The position numbers and the translations under genes are program-made. DNA of 24,849 nt, from NCBI GenBank assembly GCA_039208735.1, contig JBCCQY010000142.1, positions 1-24,849 of the forward strand, given 5' to 3'. Source of the DNA: Myxococcota bacterium (GTDB lineage Bacteria > Myxococcota_A > UBA796 > GCA-2862545). The first letter of the stretch is position 1; the number at the start of each line of letters is the position of its first letter. The notes beneath the pieces are model-generated. The model saw only the letters and a program-made list of their open reading frames with translations, ran no database searches and was not told the origin of the DNA. Positions 7,946-15,626 of this stretch are shown piece after piece.

Positions 7946-9670
7946 ATGGCGGAGTGGGAACACGACTTTTTCTTGGTTCATGCAAGTCCAGATGCATTCT
8001 TTGCGAAGGAGCTGCACAACGTCCTGGTAGAGCGAGGAAAGCGGGTGTTTCTCGACCAAGAGGTCCTCCGGCCTGGAGAACCCTGGGTTGCCCACATCGA
8101 GGAAGCCCTAAACAAGACCGAGATTGTGGTGATCATCGAGTCCCGATATTCCGCCCACGGCCACTACAATCAAGAAGAAACGCTGATTGCCATCGGGCTG
8201 GCCCGAGGACAAAATCGGAAGTCCGCCGTGATTCCCGTGCTCCTCGATGGTGTGCCCCCGCCCTATGGACTCAAGGGGCTGCACGCTCTGCCAGCCCGAC
8301 GAAGTGCAAGTGAACCCGTCGCGGACAACCTCGTCTGGATCCATGAGGTCGCCCTTGCCGAACGCGAAGGGCGCGAGGTTCCCGAGCGACCCGAACCTCC
8401 CCCCAAGCCCCTCCCCATTCCCATCCGGAACCGCAACATCGCACTGGCCATTACGGGCATGGGTCTTTTCCTCGCGCTAGGCGCGCTCGTCTGGCCCCTG
8501 CTGGCTCCCTACCCCCTTAAGGAGGACGTTGACGGAAACCTCGAAGTGATCGTGGGCTCCAAACATATTCTCGAGAGCAACCTGCTCTGCGCGCTCCTCG
8601 CCATTGTCATCACAGAAGACGCCGACGGCTACACCGCACGTTGCACCTACGACACGGGCGGCGGCGAAACCGCACGGGATGCCCTGATGAAAGGGGACAT
8701 CCATATGTACCCCGACTATTCCGGCACGATCCTACACGAGTACACTGGCGACGGCCCTCGAGAGTGGCTGGATCAATTGAAACGCGCCGAATCGGCTCGG
8801 ACCCTCGATCTCAAAACGCTGAATCAACGGGCTGAAGAATACACCGCATTTCGGCAACGCGACACGAGGTGGCACCAGACCTTTCAACCCAAGGTTTGGC
8901 TCGAGTCGCTCGCCCTCTTTGGATTCGACAACGAGTGGGAATTGCTCTTGTCCCGGGCTTTTGTGTCATTACACCCCGATCTTGCTGCAGAAAAGGAGGC
9001 CCGAGGATTCATCTCACTTGGCACCCTGTTCGGTTCGCCAGCGTGGGCCCAACTCGATGTGTGCTCCTACCCCGAGTTCAAAGACCGCCAAGATGGCCTG
9101 CGTGGCCTAAAGGAGCGCGCACCATCGGGCGACGTTCGAACCGTCGACTTCGCCTCCCCGACCCGACGCTACTGTCGACTGCTTCCGCTTGACTACGATC
9201 GTGCGGAACCAGAGAACACACCCGCACCCTGGTGTGATTTGGTCGATGGCTACGGCACGGACCCAGAGACCGAACTGTTGGTCCACTCTGGCTGGGCGGT
9301 TGCCGTGCGCGACATTCCGATTCGGGGTCGTCACCACTGGCTGACCTACCACCCCGTCGCCCTGTCGCGCAGCGATTTCGTGAGTTCCCACCCAAAGGTC
9401 AAAGAGGCCCTCCAGCTCTTGCACCGCTGCATCAGCAAGGAGGAGATGATTCGGGCCCTCGTGGAACTGCAATACGGGGACGAAGGCGCCACGGAGGAGG
9501 ATGTCTTCAGCGCATGCGTCGATCCGTCACTCATCCACGTGGCGGTCGAGAAGCTGCGGGAAAATGACGAGCTGAAAACCAGGGTGGAGAAGTCCGCCCG
9601 ACGGATGCTGAAGCAGGTTCGTAACAAGGATCGTCAAGGAAACTGCGACCCTGCGCACGTCCCCATCTAG
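7946..9670 (+). CDS. TIR domain - transmembrane helix - glycine betaine/choline-type (OpuAC/OsmF) substrate-binding domain fusion
   Basis: ATG 7946 with GGAG SD. TIR_2 motifs: HDFFLVHASPD, RVFLDQEVLRPGEPW..IEEAL, YNQEE, VIPVLLD. Pro-rich linker, then RNRN and a TM helix at ~8438-8506. SBP motifs: VGSKHILES, AL.KGDIHMYPDYSGT, FGFDNEW, EFKDRQDGL, DGYGTD, TYHPVALSR..HPKVKEALQLL..ISKEEM. Confidence 0.9.
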   Translation: MAEWEHDFFLVHASPDAFFAKELHNVLVERGKRVFLDQEVLRPGEPWVAHIEEALNKTEIVVIIESRYSAHGHYNQEETLIAIGLARGQNRKSAVIPVLLDGVPPPYGLKGLHALPARRSASEPVADNLVWIHEVALAEREGREVPERPEPPPKPLPIPIRNRNIALAITGMGLFLALGALVWPLLAPYPLKEDVDGNLEVIVGSKHILESNLLCALLAIVITEDADGYTARCTYDTGGGETARDALMKGDIHMYPDYSGTILHEYTGDGPREWLDQLKRAESARTLDLKTLNQRAEEYTAFRQRDTRWHQTFQPKVWLESLALFGFDNEWELLLSRAFVSLHPDLAAEKEARGFISLGTLFGSPAWAQLDVCSYPEFKDRQDGLRGLKERAPSGDVRTVDFASPTRRYCRLLPLDYDRAEPENTPAPWCDLVDGYGTDPETELLVHSGWAVAVRDIPIRGRHHWLTYHPVALSRSDFVSSHPKVKEALQLLHRCISKEEMIRALVELQYGDEGATEEDVFSACVDPSLIHVAVEKLRENDELKTRVEKSARRMLKQVRNKDRQGNCDPAHVPI

Positions 9671-9723
9671 AGCGTCGGACGTGGGAACCCTCGAGTTTCG
9701 CACGCTGAGCGACGTTGTCGGGT

Positions 9724-10593
9724 TCAGTACCCATCTTGGACCGTAGCGCCCGATGGCATGCCAAACGCCGATCGTGACAACGCAGGCTGCGCTTGCACCT
9801 CGTTCAGGGTGATTTCCGTCACCTGCTCACCTGGTCCATCTTCCCACGAGAACGTGCGGTACTGTCGGGGCAACCGTAAGTCTTGGACGGTTTGTGCGCC
9901 ATCGTAGGCCATGATCTTCCAAGGGCTGTGTTGCCCCTCCTCGAAGAAGCCTGGGTAAGACACGATGTAGCGCAGGGCGATGACGCGCTTGGTTTCGTTG
10001 GCGATGTAGACGACGTAGGCATCGTCATCGGCATCACCGGTGCCATCGGCAAAACTCACCCGTACGAGGGTGCTCGCCTGTCCTTCGAAGGTGGCAGGCT
10101 CGTCGAGTTCGAGCTGAACCCCCGAATCGGCAAGCACGAACGGGATGCCTACGAAGTAGTACGGCGTGAGGGACCAGAATCGCGGATTGATGGGGAGGGA
10201 CGACCCCTCGGGCACCTGTTGCCATGCATGTTCGCCGTCCCAGCCGAATCGCACGTTGGGATCGGCGGCCAACGTATGGACTGCACGACTACGCCACAGG
10301 TCGACCACCTGGCGGGTGTCGCGGCGAGGCTTGCCATTCAGGGGTCGGTAGTCAAAGTGAAAGGCGAGCGGTGAAGCTCCAAACCAAGCATCCAGTCCTC
10401 CGGCGGCTTCGATGGCAGACCAAACCACCGTTCCGGCCTCGGTGCGGCGAAGGCGAGCCTCGGCTTGCCGAGTTCGCTCTTCGATCCATGCGGCTTCGGG
10501 CCGCGCCAAACCCTCCACGTCGCGGGTCGCCTCGGCCTCGTTTGCGGCGGGTGGCGAAACCTGAGTGCGACACGCGAGCAAAATCATCAGCAT
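9724..10593 (-). CDS. Lipoprotein, DUF6503-like
   Basis: Start moved to ATG 10593 (AGGAG SD; MLMILLA-C). AIEAAGGLDAW, YYFVGIPFVLAD.GV, GTGDADDDAYVVY and LRYIVSY match my recollection of DUF6503 proteins. Confidence 0.65.
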   Translation of the reverse strand: MLMILLACRTQVSPPAANEAEATRDVEGLARPEAAWIEERTRQAEARLRRTEAGTVVWSAIEAAGGLDAWFGASPLAFHFDYRPLNGKPRRDTRQVVDLWRSRAVHTLAADPNVRFGWDGEHAWQQVPEGSSLPINPRFWSLTPYYFVGIPFVLADSGVQLELDEPATFEGQASTLVRVSFADGTGDADDDAYVVYIANETKRVIALRYIVSYPGFFEEGQHSPWKIMAYDGAQTVQDLRLPRQYRTFSWEDGPGEQVTEITLNEVQAQPALSRSAFGMPSGATVQDGY

Positions 10594-10741
10594 CCTGGAC
10601 TCCTGTGGGCTCAACCATGCCTCAAGGTCGTTTGGAGTCTGTCTCCGTTTCAGTCCGCTCATCGATACCAGAACCGCAACGCCAACGCTGAGGACGCCAT
10701 GGTAGACTCCCCATTCCCACCAACGGTAGGGTGGCTGGGAA

Positions 10742-12574
10742 ATGCAAGCTCCTCACACTCCAATCATTCAACGCTCCCACTCGCGATGCGTGGTCAACGG
10801 CCTCGACCCCGCCGGACGGCTGCCCGATCGGCTCACCGCACGCGAGCTTGCCGAACAGCGTGAGGGATTTGAAGCGGTCGTGGGCCCCGCGTTCGCCGCG
10901 GTCGAAGACCTTCAGGGGGTCGTGGAGCACTCGCGGTGCGCATTGCTCATCGCCAACCGTGAGGGCGTCATCGTGCATCGCACCGGGCGCAATCGCGAGG
11001 CGACAGCACTCGGACCAGCCATCGATGTGGGCTCGGTATGGACGGAAGACCTGGCCGGTACGAACGGAGTAGGCATCACCCTGTCCGAAGGGGTCCCGGT
11101 CACGGTGAGCGGCACCGAACACCTTCTCGAGACGCTCCATCCCTTCAGCTGCACGACCGTTCCGCTGCTCGATGCCCACCAACGCGTCTTTGGCGTCGTC
11201 GACCTCACGACATGGTCCGCGACCCAGCCCGACATTCCCTTTTTGGCGGACGCGCTGGAGCGTTTGGCCCATGACGTCCATTTTCGTTTGTTCGCGAAGG
11301 CCCATGCCAATGCGTTCCTCGTCGACCTGTCGCTTGAGCCGCCAACCGAGCTTGTGGCGCCGCGGGCCCTCGTGGCCGTGAAACAGGATGGCTCGATTGC
11401 GGGCTTGTCTCAACCCGCGATGCAGCTTCTTGCCTCGATCGCCCCGGAACCTGCCACGACCGCGCTGGGAAGTTTGCTCCGCGAACGATTTGGCGCGGAC
11501 CTCACCGCACTGATGGCATCGCCGGTCCAGGCGGTCAACCGAGCCATGTCCGTGTTTCTACGTATGGTTCGCGCCCCTCGGCAAACGCGCCGCCCTCGTC
11601 AACCTCTCAGCACGGTCCCAACGTCCACGACGCTTGAAGCGCTTGCGGGTCGTGACCCCGTGATGCAGCGTCATGTCGACCTGATCGAACGGGTGCGAGA
11701 CCGGAACCTGCCGCTCTTGCTCCTTGGGGAAACCGGAACGGGTAAGGACGCCCTCGCGAAGGCCATCCATGCGTCCGGGGCCCGGCGCGACAATCCGTTC
11801 GTCGCGGTGAATTGTGCCTCCCTACCCGAATCGCTGCTCGACAGCGAGCTATTCGGCTACGCGCCAGGCACCTTCACCGGAGGCACCAAAACAGGAAAGA
11901 TTGGCAAAATCGCCGCTGCTCACCGCGGGACGTTGTTCCTCGACGAGATTGGCGACATGCCGCTGCCCCTCCAAGGCCGACTGTTGCGGGTCCTCGCCGA
12001 GGGCGAAGTGACCCCACTCGGGACCGTCGAACCCATCGCGGTCGACCTGCAGGTGATCAGCGCAACCCACCACGACGTCGAGTCGCTGGTCGCGCAAGGA
12101 CGCTTTCGAGAAGACCTCTATTACCGGCTGAGCGGCGCTGCGTTCGAGCTGCCCGCGTTGCGTGACCGTGCCGACCTGCCGGACCTCGTTCACCGCATCC
12201 TGCACGCGGAGGGCCTCGGAAGCCCGGCCGTAGGCATCCATCCCGCGGCCATGGCGTGCCTCGTGGCCTATCCGTGGCCCGGCAACGTGCGCCAACTCCA
12301 ACAGGTGCTTCGCTTTGCGCTCGCGTGTGCAGGCGACGACGACATCAACGTGGCCCACCTGCCGGAGCGCGTCCAAAGCGCCTCCCGGCCCCCGAAACGG
12401 TCGCTCGACGAAGTTCGCGAAACCTCCGAGCGCGACGCCGTCCTCGCCGCCCTCGAGGCCTCGGCGTGGAACGTATCGGCAGCCGCCGTCCGACTCGGGG
12501 TCGCCCGCACAACGGTGCACCGCAAGATGCGGGCATTCGGGATTGCCAGACCGGGCCGCAGCTCCAAGCCCTGA
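10742..12574 (+). CDS. acoR: Sigma54-dependent transcriptional activator, AcoR type (GAF - AAA+ - Fis HTH)
   Basis: N-terminal SHSRC..GLDP and W.E..AGTNGVG (GAF). Walker A GETGTGKD, SELFGY..GTFTGG (GAFTGA variant), LFLDEIGDMP, FREDLYYRL, WPGNVRQL. C-terminal NVSAAAVRLGVARTTVHRKM. Lies directly upstream of acoA/B. Confidence 0.9.
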   Translation: MQAPHTPIIQRSHSRCVVNGLDPAGRLPDRLTARELAEQREGFEAVVGPAFAAVEDLQGVVEHSRCALLIANREGVIVHRTGRNREATALGPAIDVGSVWTEDLAGTNGVGITLSEGVPVTVSGTEHLLETLHPFSCTTVPLLDAHQRVFGVVDLTTWSATQPDIPFLADALERLAHDVHFRLFAKAHANAFLVDLSLEPPTELVAPRALVAVKQDGSIAGLSQPAMQLLASIAPEPATTALGSLLRERFGADLTALMASPVQAVNRAMSVFLRMVRAPRQTRRPRQPLSTVPTSTTLEALAGRDPVMQRHVDLIERVRDRNLPLLLLGETGTGKDALAKAIHASGARRDNPFVAVNCASLPESLLDSELFGYAPGTFTGGTKTGKIGKIAAAHRGTLFLDEIGDMPLPLQGRLLRVLAEGEVTPLGTVEPIAVDLQVISATHHDVESLVAQGRFREDLYYRLSGAAFELPALRDRADLPDLVHRILHAEGLGSPAVGIHPAAMACLVAYPWPGNVRQLQQVLRFALACAGDDDINVAHLPERVQSASRPPKRSLDEVRETSERDAVLAALEASAWNVSAAAVRLGVARTTVHRKMRAFGIARPGRSSKP

Positions 12575-12577
12575 TCG

Positions 12578-12595
12578 TGTTCCACCTTCGCGACA
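12578..12595. promoter_or_regulatory. Candidate upstream activator sequence for the AcoR-like protein (TGT-N12-ACA)
   Basis: TGTTCCACCTTCGCGACA lies about 75-90 bp upstream of the -24 element. Its dyad shape is typical of Fis-HTH enhancer-binding protein sites. Confidence 0.4.
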
Positions 12596-12666
12596 GTCGC
12601 TTGCACACGTGATGCAGGTTTGCTTCACCCGCGACGGGTGAATCGACCGAATCTCGATTCTCGGCT

Positions 12667-12683
12667 TTGGCATGCCGGTTGCT
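12667..12683 (+). promoter_or_regulatory. Sigma54 (-24/-12) promoter of the acoA operon
   Basis: TTGGCATGCCGGTTGCT: GG (12669-70) and GC (12681-82) are 10 nt apart, a near-consensus TGGCAC-N5-TTGC. Sits ~35 nt before ATG 12718 and next to a sigma54 activator gene. Confidence 0.9.
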
Positions 12684-12717
12684 TTCGCATCCAATGCACA
12701 CCGGACCGGGAGTGGGG

Positions 12718-13713
12718 ATGGAACCGACCCGCGAACAGAAGCTGTGGATGTACGAAACGATGGTGCTGAGTCGGCGCTACGAAGAGGCGATCGAGACGAT
12801 CTACCTCGAAGGAAAGACGCCGAGGTTCGATATGGCGGCAGGGCCCATCCCCGGGGAGATGCATCTGTCAAACGGTCAGGAACCCGTGGCCGTCGGGGTG
12901 TGTGCCCACCTCGAACCGACCGATGTCGTCACCGCTACCCATCGTCCTCATCACCAAGCCATTGCGAAGGGGGTTGACCTACGCCAGATGACCGCGGAGA
13001 TCTTTGGCAAGTCAACCGGGCTTAGCGGTGGTCGGGGCGGTCACATGCACCTGTTCGATCCGCGGGTGAACTTTGCCTGTTCCGGCATCATCGCCCAAGG
13101 CATGGGACCGGCGGTTGGGGCCGCATTGTCTAGAAAGATGCAAAACAAGCCGGGCGTTGCGGTCTCGTTTATCGGAGAAGGCGCTGTCAACCAAGGCGCC
13201 TTCCATGAAAGCATGAATCTTGCTGCACTTTGGCAGTTGCCCGTCATCGTGGTGGTGGAAGACAACGATTGGGGCATTTCGGTGTCTAAGAAGGACTCCA
13301 CCGCGGTAGCTCGCAACGACGTACGCGCCGCGGCCTACGGGATTCCCGGTCACTTCGTCGCTGACAACGATCCGATCGAGATCTTCCGCGTCGCTGGCGA
13401 GGCCATTCAACGCGCCCGAAACGGTGGAGGGCCGACGCTCATCGAAATCGAGACCTACCGTTTGGCCGGCCACTTCATGGGAGATGCGGAACAGTACCGA
13501 CCCAAGGGCGAAAAGGATGCCCTCTTTGCCAAGGATCCAATTCCGAAACTGCGGCAACAGTTGATGGCCCAAGGTGACCTCCACGAAGCGGAAGCCACCG
13601 CCATCGATGAGCGCGTCCAGGCCCGGGTGGACGATGCCATCCAGTTTGCCAGGACGAGCCCCGATCCGCAGCCCACCGATGCGCTGACCCGCGTGTTTCA
13701 CCCCCTCACCTAG
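12718..13713 (+). CDS. acoA: TPP-dependent dehydrogenase E1 alpha subunit (acetoin dehydrogenase-like)
   Basis: GEMHLSNGQE, HRPHH, GRGGHMH, TPP motif GEGAVNQGAFHESMN..EDN, TYRLAGHFMGD. Start ATG 12718 (GGGAG SD); the track TTG at 12667 lies inside the promoter. Confidence 0.9.
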   Translation: MEPTREQKLWMYETMVLSRRYEEAIETIYLEGKTPRFDMAAGPIPGEMHLSNGQEPVAVGVCAHLEPTDVVTATHRPHHQAIAKGVDLRQMTAEIFGKSTGLSGGRGGHMHLFDPRVNFACSGIIAQGMGPAVGAALSRKMQNKPGVAVSFIGEGAVNQGAFHESMNLAALWQLPVIVVVEDNDWGISVSKKDSTAVARNDVRAAAYGIPGHFVADNDPIEIFRVAGEAIQRARNGGGPTLIEIETYRLAGHFMGDAEQYRPKGEKDALFAKDPIPKLRQQLMAQGDLHEAEATAIDERVQARVDDAIQFARTSPDPQPTDALTRVFHPLT

Positions 13714-13731
13714 TCCCACGGAGGAGCCAAC

Positions 13732-14751
13732 GTGTCAGAACAAGGTCGAAAGCTTACGATTGCAAGAGCCATGGCTGAGGCCATCGCTCAAGAGATGCGA
13801 ATCGATCCCACGGTGTTCGTGATGGGAGAAGACATCGCGGCGCTCGGTGGCGTGTTTGGGAACACGCGCGGACTGCTTGAAGAATTCGGTGCAGAACGCA
13901 TTCGCGACACCCCGATTTCGGAAACCGCGTTCATGGGAGCGGCGACGGGAGCCGCGTCGGACGGCATGCGACCCATTGTGGAACTCATGTTCGTCGACTT
14001 CTTTGGGGTGTGTTTCGACGCCATCTACAACTCGATGGCCAAGAACACCTATTTTTCGGGCGGCACCGTGAAGGTGCCGGTGGTCCTCATGACCTCCACG
14101 GGAGGGGGGTACTCCGATGCAGGACAACACTCTCAGTGCCTGTACGGAACCTTTGCGCACCTGCCGGGCATGAAAGTGGTGTCCCCTTCGAACGCCTACG
14201 ACGCCAAAGGTCTCATGACCGCCGCGATCCGAGACGACAATCCCGTGGTGTTCATGTACCACAAGGGCCTGCAGGGCATGGGGTGGCTGGGCACCGAAGC
14301 GAGGTCCATCGTGACCGTGCCCGAGGAGTCCTTCACCCTCGAGATTGGCAAGGCCAAGGTGGTTCGCGAGGGCCGGGATGTCACAGTGGTGGGCCTGGCC
14401 ATGGGGGTGCACCATGCCCTTGACGCGGCCGAACAGCTGGCCGCACGAGGCATCGACGCCGAAGTCATTGACCTTCGCTCGCTCGTACCCCTCGATCGGC
14501 AGACGGTGATCCAATCCGTCCAGAAGACGGGGCGGCTGGTCGTGGTGGACGAGGACTACCACAGCTATGGTGTCAGCGGTGAAATCATCGCATCGGTGGC
14601 CGAACATCGTGACGGAATCCTGAAGTCCGCGCCGCGGCGGGTCACCTACCCCGATGTGCCCATTCCATTCGCCAGGGAACTCGAGCAATTCTGCCTTCCC
14701 AACGCCACCAAGATCGTGGCCGCCGTCGAAGCGATGGGAGCCCCTGCATGA
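13732..14751 (+). CDS. acoB: TPP-dependent dehydrogenase E1 beta subunit (acetoin dehydrogenase-like)
   Basis: GGAGGAG SD and GTG start. VFVMGEDI, RIRDTPISE, ELMFVDF, GQHSQ, EVIDLRSLVPLD, SVQKTGRLVVVDE. Confidence 0.92.
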   Translation: MSEQGRKLTIARAMAEAIAQEMRIDPTVFVMGEDIAALGGVFGNTRGLLEEFGAERIRDTPISETAFMGAATGAASDGMRPIVELMFVDFFGVCFDAIYNSMAKNTYFSGGTVKVPVVLMTSTGGGYSDAGQHSQCLYGTFAHLPGMKVVSPSNAYDAKGLMTAAIRDDNPVVFMYHKGLQGMGWLGTEARSIVTVPEESFTLEIGKAKVVREGRDVTVVGLAMGVHHALDAAEQLAARGIDAEVIDLRSLVPLDRQTVIQSVQKTGRLVVVDEDYHSYGVSGEIIASVAEHRDGILKSAPRRVTYPDVPIPFARELEQFCLPNATKIVAAVEAMGAPA

Positions 14752-14993
14752 ACACTCCTGTCGTCGTCCCCATGGACCTATGGGACGAAGAAGAGGCCGA
14801 GGGTGTGGTGACCGCCTGGATGTTCGACGATGGGGCGTCGGTGTCGAAGGGGGCCATCGTGGTCGAGATCATGGAAGGAAAGACCCAGCATGAGATCGTC
14901 GCGCCCGCCGACGGCATCCTCCGCATCGTTGCAAAAGCGGACGAGATCATCACCAAGGGCGCCACGCTCGGGACCATCGAAGCCCCCTCGTGA
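14748..14993 (+). CDS. Stand-alone lipoyl-domain carrier protein (81 aa)
   Basis: EGVVTAW..DG..V.KG..VVEIMEGKTQHEIVAPADGIL: a biotin/lipoyl attachment fold with Lys at the hairpin. ATGA overlap with the acoB stop. Confidence 0.88.
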   Translation: MNTPVVVPMDLWDEEEAEGVVTAWMFDDGASVSKGAIVVEIMEGKTQHEIVAPADGILRIVAKADEIITKGATLGTIEAPS

Positions 14994-15619
14994 TCGTCGC
15001 CTTCGCGGATCCTGCGGAGGCGTTCGAGATGGAGCGCCAGCAGTTTGGCGCTCCCAAGGGCCAGTGGGTGGTCTGGACAACGCCACAGTGCTTGGTTGTG
15101 CCTCGCTCGCTAGCGAATCGTGCAAACTTCGAGGCGGCGAGAACCGAACTGCGGCGAGCAGGCTGGCCCATCCACGTTCGAAGCAGTGGGGGGAGCGTCG
15201 TGCCTCTTGGACCCGGCATTATCAACGTGACCCTTGCGCGGCCGCCGTCGCCCGAAGTGGCTACGATCGCCATGGCCTACGAACATCTCTGCGCGCCCCT
15301 ACTGTCTTGGCTCGAAGAATTGGGAGAACCTGGAGCGTTTGGTGCTGTACCAGGAAGCTTCTGCGATGGTTCGCACAACGTCATCGTACGAGGCCTCAAG
15401 GTCGCGGGGACCGCACAGCGGCGAGGTAGAAGCGGAGTGCTGATGCATCTCAGCCTCACCGTAAACGCCGATCTTGAGGCGGGGGTTGAGGCCGTCCGGA
15501 AGTTCAATCGTGCCCTCAATCATCAGGAACACGTATCTGCCGGGTCGCACCTCAATCTGGCGGAGATCATCCCTTGCACCCCTGAAACGGTGGGTCGCGA
15601 ACTGCTGCTCCGGGTCTAG
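14990..15619 (+). CDS. Lipoate-protein ligase/lipoyl-transferase family protein (BPL/LplA/LipB catalytic domain only)
   Basis: VRSSGGSVVPLGPG, SFCDGSHNV, KVAGTAQRR. GTGA overlap with the lipoyl-domain stop. Confidence 0.85.
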   Translation: MIVAFADPAEAFEMERQQFGAPKGQWVVWTTPQCLVVPRSLANRANFEAARTELRRAGWPIHVRSSGGSVVPLGPGIINVTLARPPSPEVATIAMAYEHLCAPLLSWLEELGEPGAFGAVPGSFCDGSHNVIVRGLKVAGTAQRRGRSGVLMHLSLTVNADLEAGVEAVRKFNRALNHQEHVSAGSHLNLAEIIPCTPETVGRELLLRV

Positions 15620-15626
15620 TTCGCCC

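Noticed and set aside
7946..9670. Reading the TIR-SBP gene as part of an osmoprotectant ABC transporter or a Thoeris/CBASS operon
   Set aside because: No ProW/ProV-type permease or ATPase, ThsA (SIR2/Macro/SLOG) or cyclase gene is recognisable in the window.
12667..12717. ORF-track N-terminal extension of E1 alpha from TTG 12667
   Set aside because: It overlaps the sigma54 -24/-12 element; ATG 12718 has an SD and matches the family start.
12718..14751. Calling the E1 pair pyruvate dehydrogenase pdhA/pdhB
   Set aside because: The AcoR-type activator, sigma54 promoter and lack of E2/E3 argue against housekeeping PDH. Even acetoin as substrate is unproven.
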